A DNA stretch of 56,506 bases from the IMG/VR virus record IMGVR_UViG_3300029951_000034; one strand, given 5' to 3'. Positions 32,554 through 40,481 of the stretch are shown in pieces. The notes beneath the pieces are model-generated. The model did not search any database and was not told the DNA's origin. It saw only the letters and a list, made by a program, of their open reading frames with translations. The stretch's first letter is position 1. Each line of letters opens with the position of its first letter. A program made the position numbers and the translations under genes. This DNA is from a virus.

Positions 32554-32900
32554 AATCATTGGTCGGGTGCGGTTCGGGCGCACCTCTAGTCCGCATACTG
32601 ATGGAAATATGGTGCTTTTTACATGACCGCACCCTGTTTTTTGTTGATTTCATTGAACAAAATCCGGGTGCGCGCACCCACCGCACCCACGGGTGCGCCA
32701 ACACCGCACCCGACCAGTTAAATCAACAACTTAGCGCCTTCGCCTCGCGCGTACGCGCGCGCGCCGATTTGTACACAAATCCAAACGGCGCACCCGAGGG
32801 TGATGCGCCGACAGATCGGGGCGCACCCGGCCCAGAGCGGCCAGAGCGGCTTCGCTTGTGGCTTCGCCGCGCCGGCCGCGCCGGGCCGGAAGCGATCAAT
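32554..32900. other. candidate origin of replication with iterons and an AT-rich element
   Basis: The octamer (G/C)CGCACCC occurs at 32627, 32672, 32681, 32704, 32788 and 32821, with a 7/8 match at 32578 and inverted copies at 32666 and 32691. There is a 14-bp palindrome GGGTGCGCGCACCC at 32666-32679, an AT-rich stretch at 32598-32665 and a hairpin GATTTGT-AC-ACAAATC. Confidence 0.5.
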
Positions 32901-32920
32901 CGGCGATCGGAGATGAAATC

Positions 32921-33541
32921 ATGAACCCCACAGATGCCGCGACGCTGGCCGCGATTATCCAGAGCGTGGACCTCGTGGCTCGTGATCATGAACGTGTCTG
33001 GGGACTTGATCGCCTCCCCACGCTGGTTGATACCGATATGCGCTCCAGGTTTTATCGTCAGCAAACCAAATGGTCGTCGGCTATTTCTAATGCTTACGAA
33101 ATGCAATGTAACCTTACGGTCACCGATTTAAGCGCCATTCAAGCGTTGTCCGAAGGACTGCGGCGCGGATGGGTCGCAATGGCCACGCAGGCCGCGCAGA
33201 ACGGCGCGAAGCCTATTGACGCGGAAGTGTGGGAGATGAGGCTTCACGATGGTTCCAAGGGCGCCATGGTGCGATCGGCTGCGGAGGCACGTCATCTGGT
33301 CGAGACGGGCCGCGACGAGGGGACCTATGTCGCGGTCTGGACGCTGGATGAGATCGTCAACGTGATCGCGATCAATCTGGGCGCTGCCGTCGTTGAGGCC
33401 AAGATCGCCAAGCAGGCGCCCAAAGAGAAATTGGACACATCGTGGATCAAACATGGCGATGCGATTCCTTTCGGGGATAATCCTACCGGATCGGTGGGCG
33501 GTCACGCAGTGTCGGTGGATGTCTTGGCCGATTTTGATTGA
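32921..33541 (+). CDS. hypothetical protein (206 aa)
   Basis: Internal ATG after GGAGA. The ORF-track extension to 32858 lies in the iteron region. Confidence 0.55.
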   Translation: MNPTDAATLAAIIQSVDLVARDHERVWGLDRLPTLVDTDMRSRFYRQQTKWSSAISNAYEMQCNLTVTDLSAIQALSEGLRRGWVAMATQAAQNGAKPIDAEVWEMRLHDGSKGAMVRSAAEARHLVETGRDEGTYVAVWTLDEIVNVIAINLGAAVVEAKIAKQAPKEKLDTSWIKHGDAIPFGDNPTGSVGGHAVSVDVLADFD

Positions 33542-33555
33542 GGGACTTATATAGT

Positions 33556-33663
33556 TCACTCCCTCGCTCCATCTTTCTTCGCCTTCCTGTCCGCCTTCGC
33601 GATCTGCTTACGGACCTTGGTTGCGGCCTCGCCTTTGCCCTTGGGGCGGTAGGCGAGAACCAT
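33556..33663 (-). CDS. 35-aa very basic peptide
   Basis: Below the ORF-track cutoff. MVLAYRPKGKGEAATKVRKQIAKADRKAKKDGARE. About 29 of 35 codons end in G or C. Confidence 0.35.
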   Translation of the reverse strand: MVLAYRPKGKGEAATKVRKQIAKADRKAKKDGARE

Positions 33664-33692
33664 GGTGGTGCGGGATGGGGTTGACGGGGGGT

Positions 33693-33720
33693 TTGACGTG
33701 GCGAACGAGAGCGCTATTTT
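33693..33720 (+). promoter_or_regulatory. candidate promoter for 33728..34183 (near-leaderless)
   Basis: TTGACG, 16 nt, TATTTT. A second TTGACG lies 12 nt upstream. The ATG is 8 nt after the -10 box. Confidence 0.4.
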
Positions 33721-33727
33721 CAGCGCC

Positions 33728-34183
33728 ATGACCAAACGTCGCAGCCTCTATCCGATGCCTGTCGATGAACTCTTCCGACATCCCAAGTACGTTGCTCTGC
33801 CCGTAGCCGGGCGGGGGATGCTCCTAAGCGCGCTAGAACATTTCTGGCGGTCTGATTGTGCTCCCTTGCCGACCAATGATGATGGATTGTTCGCCATCGT
33901 GCGCGCTCATCGATCGACTTGGCGTCATCATAAGGACGCTATCATGTTGATTTTCAACGATGTTAAGCCGGGACTGGAGGCGTATCACCGAAAGCGCGAG
34001 GGTAATCAGGAAGGGTTCAGGATCGCCGGATATCGAACCGCCTCAACGCGTCGGCTGAACGCTTCGAAACAATCTCTTCCCGATCCGATTACCGTGCCGA
34101 CGCTACCGACCTCGGCCCATTACGCACCCAAAGAGCGGCATACGGAGACCACCGGACAGAGGACGTTTCGGGATGTTGCGTAG
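33728..34183 (+). CDS. DUF1376 (YdaU-like) protein
   Basis: LYPMPVDELFRHPKYVALPVAGRGMLLSALEHFWRSDCAPLPTNDDGLFAIV matches the pattern of that family as I recall it. Confidence 0.5.
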   Translation: MTKRRSLYPMPVDELFRHPKYVALPVAGRGMLLSALEHFWRSDCAPLPTNDDGLFAIVRAHRSTWRHHKDAIMLIFNDVKPGLEAYHRKREGNQEGFRIAGYRTASTRRLNASKQSLPDPITVPTLPTSAHYAPKERHTETTGQRTFRDVA

Positions 34184-34205
34184 CGGGTGTAGGCGAGAAT
34201 TGATC

Positions 34206-34889
34206 TTACGCTCCCACCGCCCCGGACCTCATCAGCAGGTTACGAACCGTCGAATCGTGCCATTCGCCCCCTCTGGCCGTTCGAACGCCTCGCTCGTTCA
34301 GGGCGGTCGCAACTGCCCGCAACGTGGTTGCTCCCTCGCTCTGGACGGCGCGTACGATCGGCAACACCTTGCCAGCGAAGTCGTCAGCCTCGGCTCTCTG
34401 CGCCGCAGCCCCCTTGGCCGAAGCATCGGCCAGGTTGGTGCGATTTCCGAGTTTGACGCCATGGGCCTTCTTGGCCGCTAGGGCGACGCGCGTCCGATCC
34501 GAGATCAGGCGTCGCTCTTTCTCGGCGAGGGCTGCGTACAGGTGCAGCATGAACGGATCGGCGTCGGCGCCCAGCTCGGCGACGATGAACGGGACGCGGC
34601 GGGCCATGAGGTCGGAAATGAACGCCACGTCACGGGAGAGCCGGTCGAGCTTGGCGACCAGAACCGCCACCTTGGCCTTGCGCGCCATCGCCAAGGCGGC
34701 GGCGAGTTGCGGGCGGCGGTCGAGCGCGTCGGCGCCCTTGCCTGTCTCGATCTCGACAAACTCGGCGAGGATTTCGCAGCCTTCCGCCTCGGCGAAGCGG
34801 GCCAGCGCCGCGCGCTGCGCTTCAATGCCCAACCCCGACCGGCCTTGCTTTTGGGTTGAAACCCGAATGTATGTAACCACTTGCCGCAT
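34206..34889 (-). CDS. small serine recombinase (resolvase/invertase family, 227 aa)
   Basis: [11 protein letters not shown] (catalytic Ser), [10 protein letters not shown], and a C-terminal HTH-like [33 protein letters not shown]. Confidence 0.85.
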   Translation of the reverse strand: MRQVVTYIRVSTQKQGRSGLGIEAQRAALARFAEAEGCEILAEFVEIETGKGADALDRRPQLAAALAMARKAKVAVLVAKLDRLSRDVAFISDLMARRVPFIVAELGADADPFMLHLYAALAEKERRLISDRTRVALAAKKAHGVKLGNRTNLADASAKGAAAQRAEADDFAGKVLPIVRAVQSEGATTLRAVATALNERGVRTARGGEWHDSTVRNLLMRSGAVGA

Positions 34890-34919
34890 TTGCAAACCCT
34901 TCTGTGCGTTGAAGCAAAC

Positions 34920-34947
34920 ACTATACGACCGTATGATGTTTGTTCAA
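34920..34947 (-). promoter_or_regulatory. candidate promoter of the recombinase gene
   Basis: Minus strand reads TTGAAC (34942-34947), 16 nt, TATAGT (34920-34925). An AGAAGGG RBS precedes the ATG at 34889. Confidence 0.5.
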
Positions 34948-35119
34948 GCGATTTTGGGTGTTGACAGGTGCGCCTGATGGTGATCGGATGCGTATCGACG
35001 CGGGGCCGCCTGGTTGAGCGTGGTCAATCGCGAGGCGCGTTGGGTCGGAGCAAAAATCGTTGGAAAGGGTCCCATCCACTCCCACCCCCAAAAAATCCTC
35101 GATCTCATAGAGGAAATCG

Positions 35120-35434
35120 ATGATCTTCCCCTGTAACCTTATGCAGGCCCTGCAATCGGCGGACATGATGGAACGAATGAGCCGGCCGAAACCAGTCGAA
35201 GGGGCGCCTCTCGTTCGAGTTTCGAGTCCGTACATCGACGAAGACAAGCGCCAAGCCGAGATCGACGCGGCGGTTCGGGAGGGGTTGAGGCGAACCTCGA
35301 TCGCTCACGGTCGGCACGTCAGGACTATTGCCGCGTCCATACTGGCGCTGGATAATCCGACTTCTTATGACAATTTCGAATGTCAATCTGGACTGGCAAA
35401 CATCCTGACCGCTTGGCGCGAGGCCCACCCGTGA
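35120..35434 (+). CDS. hypothetical protein (104 aa)
   Basis: ORF. The start could instead be one of the internal Met codons. Confidence 0.45.
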   Translation: MIFPCNLMQALQSADMMERMSRPKPVEGAPLVRVSSPYIDEDKRQAEIDAAVREGLRRTSIAHGRHVRTIAASILALDNPTSYDNFECQSGLANILTAWREAHP

Positions 35435-35670
35435 CTGGCTGGCGCACGATCGATAGCTTACCGGAAGGCGAGAACGTCTTGCTTTACTGGCCGAAGGGCG
35501 AGCGCGGGTGTGGCGGTATGGATTGTGCGATGGTTTACTTGGACGACGCTTATGGCCCGACCGGCATGGCGTTCTGGACCCACGGAGGGCCGAATTCTGG
35601 AAGCGATTGGGAACCCAGAAACCACGAGAAGCCGACACACTGGATGCCGCTTCCGGAGCCACCGAAGTGA
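35431..35670 (+). CDS. DUF551-like protein (79 aa)
   Basis: GTGA overlap with the upstream gene. WRTIDSLPEGENVLLYWP...KPTHWMPLPEPP. Confidence 0.55.
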   Translation: MTGWRTIDSLPEGENVLLYWPKGERGCGGMDCAMVYLDDAYGPTGMAFWTHGGPNSGSDWEPRNHEKPTHWMPLPEPPK

Positions 35671-35789
35671 CCACGATCATTGAAGCCTTCGTCCTGGTGA
35701 TCGCGACTGCGAGTCTGTGCGTGTCGATAGGTTGGGGTTTTGCCCGCCTGGTCGGTTGGATTTCGGAGATGATCGATGACACCGACTGA
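35667..35789 (+). CDS. 40-aa TM peptide
   Basis: GTGA overlap with the upstream gene. IIEAFVLVIATASLCVSIGWGFARLVGWI. Confidence 0.4.
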   Translation: MTTIIEAFVLVIATASLCVSIGWGFARLVGWISEMIDDTD

Positions 35790-36192
35790 CGCTTCTCCGT
35801 CCGCCTATGTGGTCGTCCAAACCGGCTCCACCATCTGGCCCGGCGGCTCGCATCCAGGCCTGGCCGGTCGATTCCTGGCCGACATCGACGGCGGCCCGAA
35901 GGTCGCGATCACACCCGGCGGCATGACCCACACCGTCGCCGAAGGCCACCATGTCGTCACTCGCTGGCAATGGACGATCTGGGGTCCGAAGTACCCGGTT
36001 TCGACGCAGATCGACGTGAGCGCCGGGCAGACCGTGCGGCTTGCGCTCGATCGCTATCGCGGCGTCAGTCCCGGCGTCTCGCTTGCCGGCGGCGTGTTCG
36101 GTCTGGCGGGCGGTGTCGTGATGGGCGCGCTTCAGTCTGGCGGCCAAGCCGGAGACCGACCTGATGGCGACTATCTGGATGTGGTCCCGTGA
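35776..36192 (+). CDS. hypothetical protein with a C-terminal Gly-rich TM segment (138 aa)
   Basis: ORF with high GC3. Confidence 0.5.
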   Translation: MTPTDASPSAYVVVQTGSTIWPGGSHPGLAGRFLADIDGGPKVAITPGGMTHTVAEGHHVVTRWQWTIWGPKYPVSTQIDVSAGQTVRLALDRYRGVSPGVSLAGGVFGLAGGVVMGALQSGGQAGDRPDGDYLDVVP

Positions 36193-36252
36193 CTCGCCTC
36201 GCCCGTCTCCGCGCCTGGCTGATCATCAGGGGTTGCTGGCGATACCTTCGAC

Positions 36253-36405
36253 GTGATCCTGTTTCCGCGTGGTTACATCGCCAGGCAACAGGTGGAACAA
36301 GCGGCGGCGACGCAGAGAGCCATGCAGCACTTCATGGAGGCGGTTTTCGAGGAGAGCGCCGATGGGGTCCAGGAACGCATGGTTGAGCGGCCGACGATCC
36401 AATGA
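36253..36405 (+). CDS. hypothetical protein (50 aa, GTG start); its relation to ORF 36189..36386 is unclear
   Basis: The GC3 signal moves from frame 0 to frame 1 around 36230-36250. Confidence 0.35.
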   Translation: MILFPRGYIARQQVEQAAATQRAMQHFMEAVFEESADGVQERMVERPTIQ

Positions 36406-36420
36406 CGAGGAAGCCCAGGA

Positions 36421-36711
36421 ATGCGAAACCGGCTGATGCGGGTGAGGCGGAGGGAAACGCTGAAGACGCTCCGGAAGTTGAGGTTGCGCGAGAAGATGTT
36501 GCGGGCTTACCCGCCGATGGTGGCGACAGGGTGGGGGCCAGAGGGGCCGATTCCGACCCTGCCGGGCAAGTTGTACGATCAGCCCCCGACGATCAGTTGG
36601 GAGACGTCGATCTTCAAGTTGACAAGGGCCGCGAGACGGAAGTTCTTCTCGACGGCCCCACCCTCGCCCGAAACTGGCGCCGTCCCGGCCCGCACCCCGG
36701 ACGAGGACTAG
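36421..36711 (+). CDS. hypothetical protein with a very basic N-terminus (96 aa)
   Basis: Much higher GC3 than the overlapping frame 36402..36716. Confidence 0.55.
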   Translation: MRNRLMRVRRRETLKTLRKLRLREKMLRAYPPMVATGWGPEGPIPTLPGKLYDQPPTISWETSIFKLTRAARRKFFSTAPPSPETGAVPARTPDED

Positions 36712-36715
36712 GCTG

Positions 36716-36985
36716 ATGCCCGACTATCTGGCGCCGCCGGACCTATCCGGTGAGTCCGCGAAGAAACCGGACGAGATCGAGGATTATGCCTTCGATAGTT
36801 CCAACATTGCCTCTGCGCGGTACGACGGCGCGAAGGGCGAGGCGATCATCACCATGGCGCGGGATGGGAGCCAATACCTCGCCACGGGAGTGAGCAAGGA
36901 GCTGTGGTCCGATTTCAAACTCTCCGGCTCGCCGGGGAAGTTCTTTCACGCCAATCTCAAGGATTTGGTGGCGGGGAAGGTTTGA
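36716..36985 (+). CDS. KTSC-domain protein (89 aa)
   Basis: FDSSNIASARYDGAKGEAIITMARDGSQYLATGVSKELWSDFKLSGSPGKFFHANL. Confidence 0.6.
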   Translation: MPDYLAPPDLSGESAKKPDEIEDYAFDSSNIASARYDGAKGEAIITMARDGSQYLATGVSKELWSDFKLSGSPGKFFHANLKDLVAGKV

Positions 36986-37015
36986 TGGTATGCGATTGCC
37001 ACTGAGAGGGATTTC

Positions 37016-37177
37016 ATGAGCGCTCACCCGCACCCGGACGGCCCACGATTTCCGCTGCGGCTGGCGATCCCGATGAACGCGGAGATCGTCGCCGCGCTGG
37101 TTGAGCGGGCGGCCACCGAGAGCATTCCCAAGACGACGCTGGCGCGGAAGTTGATCCTGGAGGGGTTACGGAAATGA
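37016..37177 (+). CDS. ribbon-helix-helix protein (53 aa)
   Basis: Below the ORF-track cutoff. RFPLRLAIPMNAEIVAALVERAATESIPKTTLARKLILEGL. Its stop overlaps the next ATG (ATGA). Confidence 0.5.
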   Translation: MSAHPHPDGPRFPLRLAIPMNAEIVAALVERAATESIPKTTLARKLILEGLRK

Positions 37178-37683
37178 CGATCATCGCGTGGCGGGATGGG
37201 GTGATCGCGGCCGACACCGGCCACTGGCAAGGCCCGATCGATGTCGGCCCGGTCCAGAAGTTGAAGCGCCTGGCTGACGGGACGATCTATGGTTGCGCCG
37301 GAGACTGCTCCGACATTCGCGAGTTCGAGGAATGGGCGGACATGGGATTTCCGACCGTGGAAAAACCGCCGAAATTCGAGGACTTCGCGGCGGTTCTGAT
37401 GAAGCCGGACGGCACGGTCTGGCAAACGGACGGCCTGCGGCCTCCCTACGCCATGCCGGGCGAGTTCGGCGCCGTGGGCATCGCCGAGCGGTTTGCCCTG
37501 GGGTGTCTGGCCATGGGCGCGAGCCCAGAACAGGCGGTGGCCAAGGCGATCCAATACTGCGCCTATTGCAGCGGCGAAGTGGTGGTGGTGTCGTTGGACG
37601 ATGATGGCGTCGCCGAACCCGACGAACCCGCCGTCAGCGTCGTCGACGGCCGAGACTGGCTCCGAAAGCGCGGACTGGCCTGA
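37174..37683 (+). CDS. proteasome/HslV-like Ntn-hydrolase (Thr peptidase) homologue (169 aa)
   Basis: Thr is at position 2. TIIAWRDGVIAADTG, VQKLKRL, YGCAGDCSD and GAVGIAERFALGCLAMGA...CSGEVVVV are collinear by eye with the HslV motifs. Confidence 0.55.
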   Translation: MTIIAWRDGVIAADTGHWQGPIDVGPVQKLKRLADGTIYGCAGDCSDIREFEEWADMGFPTVEKPPKFEDFAAVLMKPDGTVWQTDGLRPPYAMPGEFGAVGIAERFALGCLAMGASPEQAVAKAIQYCAYCSGEVVVVSLDDDGVAEPDEPAVSVVDGRDWLRKRGLA

Positions 37684-38324
37684 TGGACCCATATGCGGAA
37701 TTGGGCGTCAATCGTGACGCGCCGATCGAGGTGGTGCGCCGCGCCTACCGCAAGGCGGCCAAGAGGGCGCACCCGGATCACGGGGGCTCCACCGATGCGT
37801 TCACCAAGCTGAACCGGGCGCTGAAGGTCCTGACCGATCCGGAGCGGAGGGCGCACTACGACCGCACCGGAGAGGATGCGGAACCAAAGCCGGACGGCAC
37901 AGAAACGCGGGCCATGCAGACCGCGTTTCAGGCCTTGGGCAACGTCATCGCCAATCTCCAGGCCCAATCGTTCAACCCCGAGACCATGGATGTGTTGGGC
38001 ATGGCGGTCAAAGACCTCGGGATCGTGTTGGGCAAGATGGAATCGATAGCCAAACAGGCGCGGGCCAACGCCGACAAGGCCACGAAGTTGGGCAAGCGTT
38101 TCAAGGCCAGGAGGGGAAAGCCCGATATCATCGGCCCCATGTGGGCCGCCCATGTCGCCGGCCTTGAACAGCAGGTGGTGACCGCCCTGGCCGACAAGCC
38201 CGTGGTCGAGCGCGCCATCGCTATCCTGAAGGATCACGAGTTCGAGGTTCTGGCGCGGGAAGCGGCGCCCTATGGCCGCCCGCTATCGCCCTTTGCCACG
38301 ATGCTTCAGTCGCCTATGGTCTAG
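37683..38324 (+). CDS. J-domain (DnaJ-like) protein with a helical C-terminal region (213 aa)
   Basis: DPYAELGV...AYRKAAKRAHPDHGG...LTDPERRAHYDRTG with the HPD tripeptide. TGATG overlap with the upstream gene. Confidence 0.8.
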   Translation: MDPYAELGVNRDAPIEVVRRAYRKAAKRAHPDHGGSTDAFTKLNRALKVLTDPERRAHYDRTGEDAEPKPDGTETRAMQTAFQALGNVIANLQAQSFNPETMDVLGMAVKDLGIVLGKMESIAKQARANADKATKLGKRFKARRGKPDIIGPMWAAHVAGLEQQVVTALADKPVVERAIAILKDHEFEVLAREAAPYGRPLSPFATMLQSPMV

Positions 38325-38327
38325 GTC

Positions 38328-40226
38328 ATGGCCCAGACCGCTCCCAAGGCGTCCAGCTATCTGAAGCTGCTGCCAGCCTTCTCCGCCGACCTTCGCATTT
38401 CCTCCAAGGAGGTCATGCAGTCGGACGAGCGGGGGACCAAGCTTGTTCTCTGGGAATCGCAGAAGCGCGCCTTGAACTTCGTCGGTAAGGGGCTCGATGA
38501 CGGTATCCACACCTTTTACATCGCCAAGTCCCGCCAGCTCGGAATCACGACCGCGACGCTGGTGGTCGATGTGTTCTGGGCGGCGATGTTCCCCGGCCTC
38601 AATGGCTGCATCGTCACCGACACCGAGAAGAACCGGGACCGCAACCGTCAGATCATCGTCGGCTATGTCAATTCGTTTCCGGAAGGATACTTCGGGGATT
38701 ACTTCACGATCACGACCAATAATCGCCAAGTCATCCGTTTCTCCAACGGGTCACAGTTTGAGTTGCTGGTCGCTGGTGTACAGAAGAAGAAAAGTACATC
38801 TTGGGGCGAGGGTTCGGGCTACAATTATTGCCACCTGACCGAGGTCGCCGCCTACGGCGACGTGGCTGGCCTGGAATCCTTGGAGGAGGGCTTTGCCCAG
38901 GAAAATCCAAACCGGGTGTTCATCTACGAAAGCACCAGCAAGGGCCACAACCACTGGCGGGACCGCTATCTTGAAGGCCAGTCTGATCCATTCAGCAAGC
39001 GCTCGGTCTTCATCGGCTGGTGGGCGGGCGACACCAACCGGATCGAGCGCAACGACGCGCGCTTCGCGATGTTCGGCGAGGCCAAGCCCAGCGGGGCGGA
39101 ACTGGAGAAGCTGAACGCCGTCAAGCTCCTCTACGACTGGATCGTGACGCCGGAACAACTTGCCTGGCACAGGTGGCGCTCGGCCAACCCCTCCGCCGAC
39201 CTGGACCTCTTGCAGCAGAATCAGCCGTGGACGGCCGACGAGAGCTTCGTGATGACCGGCTACTCGTTCTTCCAGACGAGGCAGGTCAGCAAGGACATCC
39301 AGGAAATCGCGTCTGGCGACTACGAGTACATCGCCTATCGCTACAACCTGACCAACAGCTTCTTCGAAATGACCCTGGTCCCGATCACCGATGAGGATGA
39401 CCGCGACCTGATCGAACTTCGCGTATGGGAGCCGCCGGTTCCGGAAGGCAAGTATGTGATCGGCTTCGATCCGGCCTGGGGCCGCACGGACCATGGCGAC
39501 CGAAGCGTCATCGCCATCTGGCGCTGCTTCGCCGACAAGATGGTGCAGGTCGCCGAGTTCGCCACGGCCAGCGTCGAATTGATCCAATGCACCTGGGTTC
39601 TGGCGCATCTGGCCGGGGCCTACAAGGACTGCGTGGTCAACATCGAACTCAACGGGCCGGGCCGGGTGGTCATGGTGCAGTGGAACCAGCTTCTGGCCCA
39701 GATGCGCGACAAGGTGACCAACGCCCAGGACGGTCCCTCGACATGGGAGGACGCCCTGCCGACCGCCCGCTGGTATCTCTACCACAAGCCCGACACCATG
39801 GGCGCGGGCTACGCCTACAACACCGACTCGTCGTCGCGGGTGAAGCAGGAGTTGCTGCACAATTTCCGGGGCCACTACTTCACCCGCGACCTGATGATCC
39901 GGTCCATCCCCCTGCTCCAGGAAATGCTGATCGTCGTCCAGAACGGCAATGTCATCGGCGCCCCGGAAAGTTCCAACGGCGACTGTAAGGACGACCGGGT
40001 GTTCGCCTCCGCCTACGCCGTGGCGGCGTGGCTTGATTGGCGCCGGGTTCCGATGATATCCAATGGAGAGACCTACGAGCGGGCCATGAAGCTCAAGGAA
40101 GAGGGCGAGTTGAGCATGAACGAGCGCATCAACAAGATCGCCTACGGCTTCATGCATAAGGCCATAGAGGCCCAGGCCACCGCCGACAACCGGCCCAAGT
40201 GGCTCGCTGACCGTGGCTTAATTTGA
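38328..40226 (+). CDS. terL: terminase large subunit
   Basis: 632 aa. IAKSRQLGITT (Walker A-like), HLTEVAAYG, IYESTSKG, and a C-terminal RNase-H-like VIGFDPAWGRTDHGDRSVIAIW. Confidence 0.85.
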   Translation: MAQTAPKASSYLKLLPAFSADLRISSKEVMQSDERGTKLVLWESQKRALNFVGKGLDDGIHTFYIAKSRQLGITTATLVVDVFWAAMFPGLNGCIVTDTEKNRDRNRQIIVGYVNSFPEGYFGDYFTITTNNRQVIRFSNGSQFELLVAGVQKKKSTSWGEGSGYNYCHLTEVAAYGDVAGLESLEEGFAQENPNRVFIYESTSKGHNHWRDRYLEGQSDPFSKRSVFIGWWAGDTNRIERNDARFAMFGEAKPSGAELEKLNAVKLLYDWIVTPEQLAWHRWRSANPSADLDLLQQNQPWTADESFVMTGYSFFQTRQVSKDIQEIASGDYEYIAYRYNLTNSFFEMTLVPITDEDDRDLIELRVWEPPVPEGKYVIGFDPAWGRTDHGDRSVIAIWRCFADKMVQVAEFATASVELIQCTWVLAHLAGAYKDCVVNIELNGPGRVVMVQWNQLLAQMRDKVTNAQDGPSTWEDALPTARWYLYHKPDTMGAGYAYNTDSSSRVKQELLHNFRGHYFTRDLMIRSIPLLQEMLIVVQNGNVIGAPESSNGDCKDDRVFASAYAVAAWLDWRRVPMISNGETYERAMKLKEEGELSMNERINKIAYGFMHKAIEAQATADNRPKWLADRGLI

Positions 40227-40393
40227 TGGCCTACACCTTACAGGTCTTTGTCGGTTCCCGTCACGGGACCTGGGCCGTGAGCCCGCAGAGATTCGATGAA
40301 CCGGCCGGCGCTGAAGCCGCCATCGCCACGCTCAAGGCGGCCGAAAAGAAAGCTTGCGCGACAGCGCTTCAGAGGCGGATTGTGAGAGTATGA
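40226..40393 (+). CDS. hypothetical protein (55 aa)
   Basis: Below the ORF-track cutoff. TGATG overlap with terL. Confidence 0.4.
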   Translation: MAYTLQVFVGSRHGTWAVSPQRFDEPAGAEAAIATLKAAEKKACATALQRRIVRV

Positions 40394-40481
40394 CCGACGA
40401 TATCAGCCTGTCTCCAGCTTTCATGACCAGAGTAGATTTCGACTACTGGTGCGATGAGTTTGAGCGATGGGAGCCCATGCG

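Noticed and set aside
32550-32924. 124-aa plus-strand ORF in the supplied track, downstream of the primase/helicase gene
   Set aside because: It spans the iteron, palindrome and AT-rich region and its sequence is dominated by translated repeats (GAR..THRTHGCANTAPD). It also has no RBS. The region is better explained as a non-coding origin, with the next gene starting at 32921.
36402-36716. 104-aa ORF (frame 0) overlapping 36421..36711
   Set aside because: The overlapping frame has far higher third-position GC and a more protein-like sequence. The frame-0 product is acidic, low-complexity and Gly/Ala/Asp-rich.
38751-40157. Very long antisense ORFs: 468 aa opposite terL, and also 43808..44857, 45955..46839, 48559..49557, 51376..52416, 53168..54238 and 13351..14061
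   Set aside because: Their Arg/Gly/Pro/Ala-rich composition is typical of the reverse strand of high-GC genes. Each lies entirely opposite a gene with recognisable motifs or with better codon-position GC bias.
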